This document shows, one piece after another, positions 23,301-39,041 of a stretch of 64,000 nucleotides of DNA. A model generated the notes under the pieces. The model saw only the letters and a list, made by a program, of their open reading frames with translations, was not told the DNA's origin and ran no database searches. The DNA comes from Convolutriloba macropyga (taxonomy: Eukaryota): the NCBI RefSeq assembly GCF_964194025.1, contig NC_134472.1:13640001-13704000 (forward strand), given 5' to 3'. How positions within the stretch are numbered: position 1 is the first letter of the stretch; every line of letters starts with the position of its first letter. Made by a program: the position numbers and the translations under genes.

Positions 23301-26300
23301 TCAAAACAGTTAGAGAAAAAAACAAAACAAAAAGCTTGTCTCTCCAGCTGTTTGATTTATGTACTGTCAAATTTTCAGCGATACAGCAAATGGGAACAAA
23401 AATTTGATTGTGATAGAATTATTACTTATTAATTTCAAATCTCTTGTTGTATCAAATCATCGAAGTACAAGTTAGGACGCCAATTTAACTTAGCAACTGA
23501 AAGAATATCACTCCACAGGATATTACAAATAGTTGGAGAAGTAAGGGAACTTGAATTGCCGGCGAAAGTACTTGGATTTGGCTTTTGAAATCATGTGGCG
23601 TCCGTATCAATTTTCATAATTAAAAATATATAGCATACAGAAGTGCGAACAGGACCCAATTGTTACAGAGCAGCAATGAAAAATTTTGAGCTTAAACTAA
23701 ATTAAATTTTGGGCTCAACACTCTTCTTCGCATCATTTAATAATTTAAAACAATGAGAAAGTAAGATTCTTTAGAAACCTACATGCCATAACTCTACGTA
23801 CAAGACGCTCCGGCCAAAAGGAAGACAATGTTTTTTTATTAGAGAGGAAGTATGACTCGTTGATTTTGTTTGCCTTGAAACAGAAACACAAATTTTCTAA
23901 TCCGAAGTGAACGAATCTTTAAATTTTTTAATATATGTTATGCAACATCAAAAAACGATAAAACGACATCATAGTTTCTATAATACTTACAACAAAAAGA
24001 ACCGATTGAAGTTTGATTGTTTTCCAAATTAATATCAATAGAGTTAAGGATATCGCAAAATTGGGAAGAAGGCATATGTGGAAAACAATTGGAAATACTT
24101 GAAATTCGTTTTTTTTAAATTGCTTCTGAACAGGTATTTTCAATGATTAAAACAACAACTGATACTTAATTGCTGTCTGATTCTTTTTTAAACTGATATC
24201 AATAGAGTTAAGGGTATCGACAAAGTAGAAAGAAGACATATGAGGGAAAAAATGAAATGCCTGAAATTCTATTTTAAAATAATTACTTCTAATTAGTTTT
24301 TTTCAATGGATAAAAATAAAACCACTGATATCATTAAAAACGCCGTATCACATTAGAAATTATGATCAACATCGATGATCAAGCAAATTTCAATCATGCC
24401 TTATGAGCAGGAGAAATGTATAAGCAAAACCAAAAATGTTTTCAAAACAATTTTTTCCAATCTCACAATTATCAGAATCATTTTCAGTGATTCATTGATT
24501 GAGACTGAAGCTAAAATTTAACAGGAGACTCTTTTTACTTTCTACTCGCTTTCGAGAAAAAATCCGATACTGAAAAATAATTAACAGTAAAACAGCAACC
24601 AAAGCACCGAAGTTCGTCAAAAACGCGAAAGTCTCTTTCTCTTAAAGCAGAAAAAGTTGAGAGAGAGAGAAATAGAATTTCCATGTGAAAACTGAGAGTT
24701 AAAGAAGGACAAAACTTCTAAAACAATTAGAGTAAAAAAAACAAAAGAAAAAGCATGTCCCAGCTGGTTGATTTTATTACAGTTGAGTTTTTAGCGATAG
24801 AACGAATGAGAATAAAAAATTGATTTAAAATAAGTTTATTTTTTAAAGACTTCAAATTGCTTTTGGTATCAATTAATCGAATCACAATTTAGGATACAAA
24901 TTCAAATTGGTAACTGAAAGAATCACACTCCACGGGATATTAAAAAATTTTTAATATTTAAGGGAACTCAAAATGCGGGCAAAAGCACTTCAATCCGAAT
25001 TTTGAAAGAAGGTGGCTTCCTAGATATTGAGTAGCAACAAAAACTTTAAGACTTCAAAAATTTTGAAAAGTACAAAAATATAGCACACATTAGTGCAATT
25101 TTAGTACACAGTAAAAAACTTGAGCTTCAATTAATTAGGGCACAACTACCTTCTTCGCATCTTGAAAAACAAACACTATTTTAGAACTCTGTGAGCGTAA
25201 GATTTCGTAGCTACGTACATGCTAACAAGCTACATACATTGCGCTCCCGAAAAAAACTGTATTCTTTTATTATAAAATAAATCTCTAACTTTTTTTAAAA
25301 AACGTTTGAGTAGAAGAACTTTCCTCTAAAAATGACATAATTTTTAAAATACATCAAACACTAAGCAATTGAAGTCAAATTGTTTTCCAAATTGATATCG
25401 TTAGAGTTAAGGGTATTGCCAATGTACAAAGAAGACATATTTGGTAAAGACTTGAAATATCTGAAGTTTTTTTTTATTGTTGCTAATTGTTGCTAATTAG
25501 GTATTTTCAATGGGTAAAAAAAACTGATACCAACGAAAATGCCGTATCACAATAGAAATTTTTATCATCTTTGATTATCAAGCAAATCACAAGGATGCCT
25601 TTTGAGCAGGAGAAATGTATACAGAAAAAACTGTTTTCAAAACAATTATTTACAATCTGCAAAATATCAGAATCATTTTCAGTGACTCAATGATTGAAAC
25701 TGAAGCTAAGACTTACCAGAAGACTCCTTTTACTTTCTGCTCGCATTCGTAAAAAAAAATCCGATACTGAAAAGAATAACAGTAAAAGGAGCAGTCACAG
25801 CACCGATTTTTATCAAAAACCCACGATAATCTCTTTCTCTTAATACGGAAAAAATTGAGAGACAGAAATAGTCAATCCGTATGAAAATTGAGAGAAAAAG
25901 CAAGACAAGTCCTTGAAAACATTTGGAGAAAAAAAAACAAAAGAAAAAGCATTTCTGTCCAGCACGTTGACTTAATTACAGTCGAAAATTCAGCAATAGA
26001 GCAAGTGAGAATAAAAAAACTGAATTAAGAAAACAATATTTCATAAATTTAAATCTCTTGTGGTATCCAATAATCCAATCACAATTTAGGAGACCAATTT
26101 AAATTAGCAACTGTAAAAATAGCACTCCACAGGATATAGAAAATTAGTTCAAAAAATAAAGGAACTCAATTAGAGAGCGAAAGGTTTTCAATTCTGCTTT
26201 TGAAAGCAGTTGGCCTCCTGGCTATTGAATAGCAAGTAGCTTTTGGAAACTTCAAAAATTCTGAATATGAAAAATATATAGCATATATTAGTCCAAACAA

Positions 26301-28016
26301 GACCCAATTACGTCAGTACAGCAGTAAAAAATCTGCGCTTCAGACAACTAGGGCTCAATTACTTTCTTCTCATCTTGAATAACATTTACTATTCTACGAT
26401 TAAGATACCTACATGACATTCCGACAAAAATGAAGACAGTATTTTTTTCCTAGAAAGCAAATAAAACCTGTCATTTTTTGCTTGAAACAGAGACACAATT
26501 TTTTCATCAGAAGTAAATGATGCTCTAAATTTTTAAGAGTACGCTTGAATGAAAGAATTTTTCTCAAAAAAATGACATCATAATTTTTAATATTAACAAA
26601 AGGAAACCAATTGAAGTCTGATTGTTTTCCAAATTGATATTAATAGAGTTCAGGATATCGCCAAAGATGATAGAAGACTGATGTTGGCAAAATTTGAAAC
26701 GTTTTAATTTTTTTCTTTAAAATCATTCTTTCTGAAGAGGTATTTTCAATCAGTACGAAATAAATTTGAGAAAACATCAAAAGTGGCGCGTGACAAAAGA
26801 AATATTGAATCACCATTGATGATGAGACAAATCACAGGAAAGCACAATGAGAAGGAGAGTCGTATCTAAAAACCAAATTTATTGGAAAACAGTAAATTTA
26901 AGTCAGAAGCTTTTCAGTATCTTTTAAAGCGGTTCATTGACTGAAATTGAAGGTAAGACTTAACCGAAGACTCCTGTTACTTTCTAATTGCATGCGTGAA
27001 AAAATTCGATAAAAATAACAGCAAAAGTAGCAGTCAAAGCACCGAGGTTGATCAAAAAGGCGATAATCTCTTTCTCTTAATACACAAATAGTTGAGAGAC
27101 AGAAATAGAAGCTCTGTGTGGAAAATGGAAGACAAAGCCCGAAAATTCCTTCAAAACAGTTAGAGAAAAAAACAAAACAAAAAGCTTGTCTCTCCAGCTG
27201 TTTGATTTATGTACTGTCAAACTTTCAGCGATACAGCAAATGGGAACAAAAATTTGATTGTGATAGAATTATTACTTATTAATTTCAAATCTCTTGTTGT
27301 ATCAAATCATCGAACTACAAGTTAGGACGCCAATTTAACTTAGCAACTGAAAGAATATCACTCCACAGGATATTACAAATGGTTGGAGAAGTATGGGAAC
27401 TTGAATTGCCGGCGAAAGTACTTGGATTTGGCTTTTGAAATCATGTGGCGTCCGTATCAATTTTCATAATTAAAAATATATAGCATACAGAAGTGCGAAC
27501 AGGACCCAATTGTTACAGAGCAGCAATGAAAAATTTTGAGCTTAAACTAAATTAAATTTTGGGCTCAACACTCTTCTTCGCATCATTTAATAATTTAAAA
27601 CAATGAGAAAGTAAGATTCTTTAGAAACCTACATGCCATAACTCTACGTACAAGACGCTCCGGCCAAAAGGAAGACAATGTTTTTTTATTAGAGAGGAAG
27701 TATGACTCGTTGATTTTGTTTGCCTTGAAACAGAAACACAAATTTTCTAATCCGAAGTGAACGAATCTTTAAATTTTTTAATATATGTTATGCAACATCA
27801 AAAAACGATAAAACGACATCATAGTTTCTATAATACTTACAACAAAAAGAACCGATTGAAGTTTGATTGTTTTCCAAATTAATATCAATAGAGTTAAGGA
27901 TATCGCAAAATTGGGAAGAAGGCATATGTGGAAAACAATTGGAAATACTTGAAATTCGTTTTTTTTAAATTGCTTCTGAACAGGTATTTTCAATGATTAA
28001 AACAACAACTGATACT
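20320..28016. repeat. near-identical tandem duplication of a ~3850 bp three-monomer block
   Basis: 20320-24166 repeats at 24168-28016. Identical track ORFs at 23928 and 27778 (offset 3850); only scattered substitutions. Confidence 0.95.
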
Positions 28017-31000
28017 ATCAAAAACACAGCATCATTCATGGTCAGGAAAATAACGAGGAAGTAAAACGAGAAGGAAAATTGAAAAAGATAAACCAAAGTT
28101 AATTTTGAAGCAATTTTTTCAAGTCAAAAAACTATCAAAATCGTTTTAAGTGATTCAATGACTGAATTTGAAGCTAAACCTTTTTCGAAGTCTCCTGTGT
28201 CTTTCTATTCTCATTCGTGAAAAAATCCGGGACTAAAATACAAACAACAGCAGTCAATGCAACGAATGTCATCGAGAACTCAAAGAACTCCTTTTCTCTT
28301 AATCCAGAAATTTTTGAGAGACTGGTAAAATTAACCTGTATAAAATTAGTGAGACAAAGCAGGACAAGATTTAGAATGCAATAAGAAAAATTACAAAAAA
28401 AAGCATGTTGTCTAGCTGGTTTTTTTCATTACAGTTGTCTTCTGTTAGCGATGGAGCAAATAAGATTAAAAGTTGAGTTAAAATTGTTGATTTCAAAATA
28501 ATTTAAAGTCTCCTGTGGTATCAAAGTAATTGAAATACTAGTTAGGACACCAATTTAAGTTCACAACTGAAAGAATTACCGTCCACGGGATTGACAAAAA
28601 GGTCTAAAAACTTAAGGGAAGTCAATCAGTGAACAAAAACCGTTCGTTTCGGCTTTTGAAAACAGGTGGCGCCCTATTTTTTGAACAACAATTGAATTTT
28701 AAAAACCTTCCAAAACTTTGAAATTCAAAAACATGTAGCATACAGTAGCGCTGAAAAGCCCCAACTTTGAGAGTAGAGCTGTGAATATTTTGAAATTCAA
28801 ATAGTTAGGGTTCAACTACCTTCTCCGCACCTTTAAGGACATTTACCAATTTGGAACACTGATAATTAAGATTTATTACCTGCGTAAATGCTATCATGCT
28901 ACGTACAAGACAATTCCTTCAAAAGAAGACAGTATATTTTATTAGAGAGCTATTAGGACCTGTCAATTGTTTTTGGGTTGAAACCGAAACACAAATTTTT
29001 GCTCAGAAGTGAACGTTTCTTTAATTTTTTCAAAATATTGTTGAAAGAAAGAACTGTTCTATAGAAAATCGCATCAGAAATTTTATATTAAATAAAAAAG
29101 AGAACCAATTGCAGTCTGATTATTTTCCAAATAGATACCAATAGAGTTAAGGATATTGCCAATGTAGAAGGAAGAAATATGTGGAAACAATTGAAATGTC
29201 CTAAGTACTTTTTTAAAACAATTTTTTGTAAACAGCTATTTGCACTGAGAACAAATTAAAAACTGATATCATCAAAAATGCCAAATTACCTTAGAAATTG
29301 TTATCATCATTGTTTATCAGAGGGACGTTTTATGAGAATAGCATGAATTTTCAAAATTGAAAATATATAGCCTACAGAAGTACGAACAAGGTTATGACAC
29401 TGCAGCAATGAAACAATTCGACCTTCAAATAGTAAGGGCTCAACTGTTTTCTTCGCATCCTTTTTCAATTTACTATAATAGAACATTGAAATAGTAAAAT
29501 TTGGTAGCTACGTACCAGCTATCAAGCTACATACAAATCGCTCCCGCAAAACGGAAGACAACATACTTTTTTAGAGAGCAAATAAGACCGGTCAATTATT
29601 TCTTGCTTGAAACAGAAACACAAATTTTTCTTCAGAAATTAATGAATACATAAATTTTTTAAAATATGTTTGAAGGGAAGAAGTTTTTTCTAAATATCGA
29701 AATAGTAAATTTTGAAATACATAAATAAGGGAGCAAATTGAAGTCTGATTGTTTTCCAAATTGATATCAATAGAGTTAAGGTTATCGCCAAAGTAGAAAA
29801 AAGACATATGTGGAAAAATACTGAATTGTTTGAAGTTCTTTTTAAAAAAAATTGTTTCTAATTGGGTATTTTCAGAGGGTAAAAAACTGATATCATCAAA
29901 AATGACGTATCACAGTAAAAAATTTGATCATAATTGATGATCAGTCAATTCACAAGGATGCATTATGAGCTGGAAAAATGTAAAAGAAAAACCAAAGTTG
30001 TTTTCAAAACAGTCATTTCCAGTCAGAAAAACGTCAGAACCGTTTTCAGTGATTGATTGTGCGAAATTAAAGCTAAGACCTAACAGAAGTCTGCTGTTGT
30101 TTTCTACTCGCATTCGTGAAAAACCGATACTGAAAAGGAAACTTAAAAAAAGCAGCAGTCAAAACGCCCAAGTTCGTCTTCAGCCCTTGAAAGTCCCTTT
30201 CTCTTAATACAGAAATAATTGAGGGAAATAAATTGCCAGTTTGTATGAAAACCGGAGAAAAATGTCGAAAAAGTCAGGACAAATGCCGGAATACAATTAG
30301 AGGAAATACTGAATAAAAAGTGTTGTCCAGCTTGTTATTTACAATTGTTTACTGATTGCGATAGAGCAATTTAGATTATAAACTTGTGTTAAATTTGTTT
30401 AATTTACAATAATTTCAATTTTCTAAGGTAATTGAAATATGGGTTGAGATACCGATTTAACTTCGCAACTGAAAAAATCAGACCCTATACGATATAAACA
30501 AAATTTGAAAACAGGTGCCGTCCTAAATTTTGAATGGCAAGAAAATTTCAAAATTATCCAAAATTTTGAAAATTAAAAAGTATATAGCATACAGTAGTGC
30601 GAACAAGACCTAATTATAACAATGCAGCAGTGAAAAATTTGACCTTCAAATAGTTATGGCTCAACTTCCCTCTTCGCATCGTGAAAGACATTTACTATGT
30701 TAGAACACTGAGATAGTAAAATTTGGTAGCTTCGTACAAGCTATCAAGCTGCGCACAAAACTCTGTCTAAGTTAGAGATCAGATGAGACCCGTCATTTTT
30801 TTGAAACCGAAACGCACATTTTTTGATCAGAAGTGAATGAATTTTTATTGCTGTTAAATATGTTTGAAAGAAAAAAATTTCTTCTTAAAAACCGACAGCT
30901 TAAATTCTAACATAATTAAAAAAGAGAACCAATTGTTTTAAATTTTGATATCATTAGCGTTAATGATATTGACAAAATAGAAAAAAAACATATGCGGATG

Positions 31001-34000
31001 AGTTTGAAACGTCTGAAATTCGTTTTTACAATAAATTGTTTTTAAGCAAGTATTTTCAATTAGCATCGAATAAACAACTGAATTAGACAAAAAAAATAGA
31101 ACCAATATAGAATTATAAAGAATCAAAATAGAAATTGTGATTACTATCAAGCACTATGTGTAGGAGAACTGCCTCTAAGAAAATCTAATTTCTTTCTAAA
31201 AGAATTATTTCAAGTTGGAAAATCATCAGAACAAGTTCAAGTGAATCAGTGATAGAAAACAAAGTCAAGACTTAAGAGACGCCTCTTATGGCTTTTTATT
31301 CGCATTCATGAAAAATCTGGTACTGAAAAACATATAAAAATAAAAGCACCAAGGTTGTTAGAAACTTGCAAACGTCCTTTCCTATTTATACAAAAATTGT
31401 TGAGACATAGAAAATTGATCTGTTATGTAAAATGAGAAACAAAGCAGGACAAAACTCGGAATACAAATAGGAAAAACACAGACAAAAAGTCTTTTCTGTC
31501 CTGCTGGTTGATTTCAATACACTTCTTCTTCGTTAGCAATAAAACAAATGAGATTACAAAATTGAGTTTAATATTTATCCTTTAAAATTTCTAATCTCCT
31601 GTGGTGTCAAAATTAAAAAAAACCTGCTTAGACACCAATTTAAATTAGCAACTGAATTAATCACACTCAACAGGGTATAATAAAGAGTTTCGAAAAAACA
31701 GGACAACTCCTAGAAAACATTTAGAGAAAAAAAACAAAAGAAATATCATGTCTTTTCAGCTGGTTGATTTCATTATCAATGTCTTTCGTCAACAATTGAG
31801 CAAATGAGAACTAAAAATCGAGTTAAAATTTTTTATTATAGAATAATTTCATATCTTTTGTGGTATCATAGTAATCCAATTACAAGCTAAGACACCAATC
31901 TGACTTCACAACTGAAAGAATCATACTCCACTATTTACAACAGATTTGAAAAAGTAAGGAAACTCAAACTGTGCTCGAAAACACTACGATTCTTTTGAAA
32001 ACAGGTGGCGTCCTACTTACTGAATGGAAGTACCTCCAAAAAATTTCAAAAATTTGGAAAATTAAAACTATGTAGCATACTGTAGTGCCAACAAGACCTA
32101 ATTATGAGAGTGAATCAATGAAAACTTTGAGCTTCAAATGGTTAAATTTCATCCGAAATTTAAATTTTTTAAGAAAATATGATAACAAATGACATCTAAA
32201 AACGTTTGCTTACAGACAGGTATTTTAAGTGAGTAAAAAAACAACTGATGCCATACAAAATGCGACATTACAATAGAAATTTCAAATATCATTGATTGCA
32301 AACCTTAAGAAATTACTACGAGAAGAACAGTATAAATAAACCAAAATTGTGTTCAAATAAAAAATATCGGAATTGTTTCGTGGTTTTCAGTGACTGAAAG
32401 TGAAGCTAAGCCTTATTCAAAGTCTCATGTATCTTTTTATTCTCATTCGTGAAAACACGCGGTACTAAAGTACAAACAACAGTAGAGCAGCAGTCAATGC
32501 ACCGAACGTCATAAAGAACTCACAAACGTCCTCTTCTCTTATTCCAGAATTAGTTGAGAGATAGAAGTAGACAATACGCATGAAAATTGGAAAAAAATGG
32601 TCAACTCATGAATATCAATTAGAGAAAAAAAACAAAGAAATATGGCTGTCTAGCTGGTTGATTTTATACAAATATTTTTGTTCAGCGATTAAAAAATGAA
32701 AATAAAAAGTTGAGATAAAAAATATGTTATATAATAATTTTAGATCTTTTTTGGTATCAAATTAATCCAATTACAAGCTAAGACACCGATTTAACTTAGC
32801 AACTGAAAGAATCACACTCCACAAGATATTAATGGTTATTTATAGATTAGGAAGAAATTATAATGAGAAAGAAATTACAACCTTAAAAAAACGTGTTGTC
32901 TTGCTCGTTGATTTCAGTACAATTGTCTTCTGCCAGCGACAGAGGAAATTAGATTAAAACATTGAGTTGAAATTGTTTGCTTTGAAAAAAATTTTTTATC
33001 TCCCGTGGTATCAAAATAATTGAAATAAAAGTTAACACACCAATTTTACTTATCAACTGTAAGAATCAGTTTCCATCGGATGTAAACAAAGCTTCAAAAA
33101 ATTAAGGGCACTTGAACTACGGGCAAAAACAATTCGTTTTGGCTGTTTAAAACAGATGGAGTCCTAATTTTTTGAATAGCAAGGACATTTTGAAAATTTC
33201 CAAAATTTTGCAAATTAAAAATAGATGGAATACTGTAGTGTGAACAAGATCCGATTACTATAATGCAGTAGTGAAATACTTGTGCTTCAAATAGTTAAGG
33301 ATCAAGTCCATTCTTCGAATTTTGAAAGAAATTTACTATGTTAGCACACAGAGGTAGTAAGAATGGATAGCTACGTACAAGCTATCAGGTTACGTACAAG
33401 ATGCTCCCGAGACGAAAACACTATTTATTATTAGACAGCAAAGAAAACCTGTCAATTGTTCTGGTTTGAAACGCAAACACAATTTTTTCCTCAAAAAATA
33501 ATGAATCTTTATTATTTTGAAAGATGGTAGAATGGAAGAATTTTTCCCCTATAAAAGGACCCAATAAACTCTAAAATACATTAAAAAGTTAACCAATTGC
33601 TGTCTGATTAATTTCGAAATTGATATCAATAGAGTCGCCAAAAAAGAGGAGACATATGGGGAAGGAACTTGAAACGTCTGCAGATCCTTTTTTAGAATTA
33701 TTGTTTCTAAACACGTATTATCAATGAGTAAAAATTAAACAACTGATACAATCAACAATGCCGAATGACAACAAAAATTGTGATAAACATTCATGATCAG
33801 CCAAACGATAAAGAAATATTTCGAAAAGGAGAACCGTATATAAAAACTAGAAGTAATTTTGAAACAATTACTTTCAAGTTAGGAAAGATTCAGAAGCATT
33901 TTAAGTGATTCATTCATCAAAATTGAAGCTAATACTTAACAGAACACTCCTGTTACTTTCTACTTTCATTTTTGAAAAAAACACCGGCACTGGAAATCAA

Positions 34001-35487
34001 ACAACAGCAAAAGAAGCAGTCAAAGCACCGAATTTCATCAAAAAACCCGCCATTGTCTCTCAACCCGTAATGTGGCATCTTTGATGGTATGCTAAATTGT
34101 ATGCTAAATTAAGCAAAAAAGCAGGACAACTCCTAGAAAACATCTAAAGAAAAAACAAAAGAAATATCATATTTTTTCAGCTGGTTGATTTTATTATCAA
34201 TGTTTTTCGTCAACAATTGAGCAAATGAGAACTAAAAATCGAGTCAAAATTTTTTATTATAAAATAATTTCATATCTTTTGTGGTATCATAGTAATCCAA
34301 TTACAAGCTAATACACCAATCTGACTTCACAACTGAAAGAATCATACTCCACTATGTACAACAGCTTTGAAAAAGTAAGGGAACTCGAACTGTGCAAATT
34401 CTTTTGAAGACAGGTGGCGTCCAACTTACTGAATAGAATTACATCCTAAAAATTTCAAAGATTGAGAAAATTAAAACTTTATAGCATACTGTAGTGCCAA
34501 CAAGGCCTAATTATGAGAGTGAATCAATGAATAATTTGAGCTTCAGATAGTTAAATTTCATCCGAAGTTTATATTTTTTAAAAAAGTATGTTGCAAAATG
34601 ACATCAAAAGACGATAAACTATATCCTAATTTCCAAATACATAAAAAATGGAAAAGATTAAAATTTGTTTTTTTTCAAATTGATGTCAAGAGAGTTAAGG
34701 ATATCGCCATGAACAAACGTACAATGAAGAAATATGTGGAAAACACTTGAAACGTCTGTCTAAAAGTCTTTTTTTTCTAAAAACGTTTGCTTACAGACAG
34801 GTATTTTAAGTGAGTAAAAAAACAACTGATGCCATACAAAATGCGACATTACAATAGAAATTTCAAATATCATTGATTGCAAACCTTAAGAAATTACTAC
34901 GAGAAGAACAGTATAAATAAACCAAAATTGTGTTCAAATAAAAAATATCGGAATTTTTTCGTGGTTTTCAGTGACTGAAAGTGAAGCTAAGCCTTATTCA
35001 AAATCTCATGTATCTTTTTATTCTCATTCGTGAAAACACGCGGTACTAAAGTACAAACAACAGTAGAGCAGCAGTCAATGCACCGAACGTCATAAAGAAC
35101 TCACAAACGTCCTCTTCTCTTATTCCAGAATTAGTTGAGAGATAGAAGTAGACAATACGCATGAAAATTGGAAAAAAATGGTCAACTCATGAATATCAAT
35201 TAGAGAAAAAAAACAAAGAAATATGGCTGTCTAGCTGGTTGATTTTATACAAATATTTTTGTTCAGCGATTAAAAAATGAAAATAAAAAGTTGAGATAAA
35301 AAATATGTTATATAATAATTTTAGATCTTTTTTGGTATCAAATTAATCCAATTACAAGCTAAGACACCGATTTAACTTAGCAACTGAAAGAATCACACTC
35401 CACAAGATATTAATGGTTATTTATAGATTAGGAAGAAATTATAATTAGAAAGAAATTACAACCTTAAAAAAACGTGTTGTCTTGCTC

Positions 35488-38400
35488 GTTGATTTCATTA
35501 CAATTGTCTTCTGCCAGCGACAGAGGAAATTAGATTAAAACATTGAGTTAAAATTGTTGGCTTTGAAAAATATGTTTTACATCCCGTGGTATGAAAGTAA
35601 TTGAAATAAAAGAGAAGACACCAATTTAACTTTTGGCTGTTTAAAACAGATGGAGTCCTAATTTTTTGAATAGCAAGGACGTTTTGAAAATTTCCAAACT
35701 TTTGCAAACTAAAAATAGATGGAATACAGTAGTGTGAACAAGACCCGATTATTATAATGCAGTAGTGAAATACTTGAGCTTCAAATAGTTAAGGATCAAG
35801 TCCATTCTTCGCATTTTGAAAGAAATTTATTATGTTAGCACACTGAGGTAGTAAAAATTGGTAGCTACGTACAAGCTATCAGGTTACGTACAAGACGCTC
35901 CCGAGACGAAAACACTATTTATTATTAGAGAGCAAAGATAACCTGTCAATTGTTCTGGTTTGACACGCAAATTTTTTCCTCAGAAGATAATGAATCTTTA
36001 ACATTTTGAAAGACGGTAGAATGGAAGAATTTTTCCCCTAAAAAAGGACCCAATAAACTCTAAAATACAATAAAAAGTTAACCAATTGCTGTCTGATTAA
36101 TTTCAAAATTGATATCAATAGAGTCGCCCAAAAAGAGGAGACATATGGGGAAGAAACTTGAAACGTCTGCAGATCCTTTTTTAGAATTATTTTTTCTAAA
36201 CACGTATTATCAATGAGTAAAAATTAAACAACTGATACAATCAACAATGCCGAATGACAACAAAAATTGTGATAAACATTCATGATCAGCCAAACGATAA
36301 AGAAATATTTCGAAAAGGAGAACCGTATATAAAAACTAGAAGTAATTTTGAAACAATTACTTTCAAGTTAGGAAAGATTCAGAAGCATTTTAAGTGATTC
36401 ATTCATCAAAATTGAAGCTAATACTTAACAGAACACTCCTGTTACTTTCTACTTTCATTTTTGAAAAAAAGACCGGCACTGGAAATCAGACAACAGCAAA
36501 AGAAGCAGTCAAAGCACCGAATTCCATCAAAAATCCGCCATTGTCTCTCAAACCGTAATGTGACATTTTTGATGGTATGCTAAATTGTATGCTAAATTAA
36601 GCAAAAAAGCAGGACAACTCCTAGAAAACATCTAGAGAAAAAAACAAAAGATGTTTTTAGGCTGGTTGATTTCATTACAAATGTCTTCTGCCAGCGACAG
36701 AGGAAATTAGATTAAAACATTGAGTTAAAATTGTTGGCTTTGAAAAATATGTTTTACATCCCGTGGTATGAAAGTAATTGAAATAAAAGAGAAGACACCA
36801 ATTTAACTTTTGGCTGTTTAAAACAGATGGAGTCCTAATTTTTTGAATAGCAAGGACGTTTTGAAAATTTCCAAACTTTTGCAAACTAAAAATAGATGGA
36901 ATACAGTAGTGTGAACAAGACCCGATTATTATAATGCAGTAGTGAAATACTTGAGCTTCAAATAGTTAAGGATCAAGTCCATTCTTCGCATTTTGAAAGA
37001 AATTTATTATGTTAGCACACTGAGGTAGTAAAAATTGGTAGCTACGTACAAGCTATCAGGTTACGTACAAGACGCTCCCGAGACGAAAACACTATTTATT
37101 ATTAGAGAGCAAAGATAACCTGTCAATTGTTCTGGTTTGACACGCAAATTTTTTCCTCAGAAGATAATGAATCTTTAACATTTTGAAAGACGGTAGAATG
37201 GAAGAATTTTTCCCCTAAAAAAGGACCCAATAAACTCTAAAATACAATAAAAAGTTAACCAATTGCTGTCTGATTAATTTCAAAATTGATATCAATAGAG
37301 TCGCCCAAAAAGAGGAGACATATGGGGAAGAAACTTGAAACGTCTGCAGATCCTTTTTTAGAATTATTTTTTCTAAACACGTATTATCAATGAGTAAAAA
37401 TTAAAAAACTGATACAATCAACAATGCCGAATGACAACAAAAATTGTGATAAACATTCATGATCAGCCAAACGATAAAGAAATATTTCGAAAAGGAGAAC
37501 CGTATATAAAAACTAGAAGTAATTTTGAAACAATTACTTTCAAGTTAGGAAAGATTCAGAAGCATTTTAAGTGATTCATTCATCAAAATTGAAGCTAATA
37601 CTTAACAGAACACTCCTGTTACTTTCTACTTTCATTTTTGAAAAAAAGACCGGCACTGGAAATCAGACAACAGCAAAAGAAGCAGTCAAAGCACCGAATT
37701 CCATCAAAAATCCGCCATTGTCTCTCAAACCGTAATGTGACATTTTCGATGGTATGCTAAATTGTATGCTAAATTAAGCAAAAAAGCAGGACAACTCCTA
37801 GAAAACATCTAGAGAAAAAAACAAAAGATGTTTTTAGGCTGGTTGATTTCATTACAAATGTCTTCTGCCAGCGACAGAGGAAATTAGATTAAAACATTGA
37901 GTTAAAATTGTTGGCTTTGAAAAATATGTTTTACATCCCGTGGTATGAAAGTAATTGAAATAAAAGAGAAGACACCAATTTAACTTTTGGCTGTTTAAAA
38001 CAGATGGAGTCCTAATTTTTTGAATAGCAAGGACGTTTTGAAAATTTCCAAACTTTTGCAAACTAAAAATAGATGGAATACAGTAGTGTGAACAAGACCC
38101 GATTATTATAATGCAGTAGTGAAATACTTGAGCTTCAAATAGTTAAGGATCAAGTCCATTCTTCGCATTTTGAAAGAAATTTATTATGTTAGCACACTGA
38201 GGTGGTAAAAATTGGTAGCTACGTACAAGCTATCAGGTTACGTACAAGACGCTCCCGAGACGAAAACACTATTTATTATTAGAGAGCAAAGATAACCTGT
38301 CAATTGTTCTGGTTTGACACGCAAATTTTTTCCTCAGAAGATAATGAATCTTTAACATTTTGAAAGACGGTAGAATGGAAGAATTTTTCCCCTAAAAAAG

Positions 38401-39041
38401 GACCCAATAAACTCTAAAATACAATAAAAAGTTAACCAATTGCTGTCTGATTAATTTCAAAATTGATATCAATAGAGTCGCCCAAAAAGAGGAGACATAT
38501 GGGGAAGAAACTTGAAACGTCTGCAGATCCTTTTTTAGAATTATTTTTTCTAAACACGTATTATCAATGAGTAAAAATTAAACAACTGATACAATCAACA
38601 ATGCCGAATGATAACAAAAATTGTGATAAACATTCATGATCAGCCAAACGATAAAGAAATATTTCGAAAAGGAGAACCGTATATAAAAACTAGAAGTAAT
38701 TTTGAAACAATTACTTTCAAGTTAGGAAAGATTCAGAAGCATTTTAAGTGATTCATTCATCAAAATTGAAGCTAATACTTAACAGAACACTCCTGTTACT
38801 TTCTACTTTCATTTTTGAAAAAAAGACCGGCACTGGAAATCAGACAACAGCAAAAGAAGCAGTCAAAGCACCGAATTCCATCAAAAATCCGCCATTGTCT
38901 CTCAAACCGTAATGTGACATTTTTGATGGTATGCTAAATTGTATGCTAAATTAAGCAAAAAAGCAGGACAACTCCTAGAAAACATCTAGAGAAAAAAACA
39001 AAAGATGTTTTTAGGCTGGTTGATTTCATTACAAATGTCTT
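35488..39041. repeat. three near-identical 1177 bp tandem monomers
   Basis: Track ORFs at 35498, 36675 and 37852 (period 1177); sequences almost identical. Confidence 0.96.
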
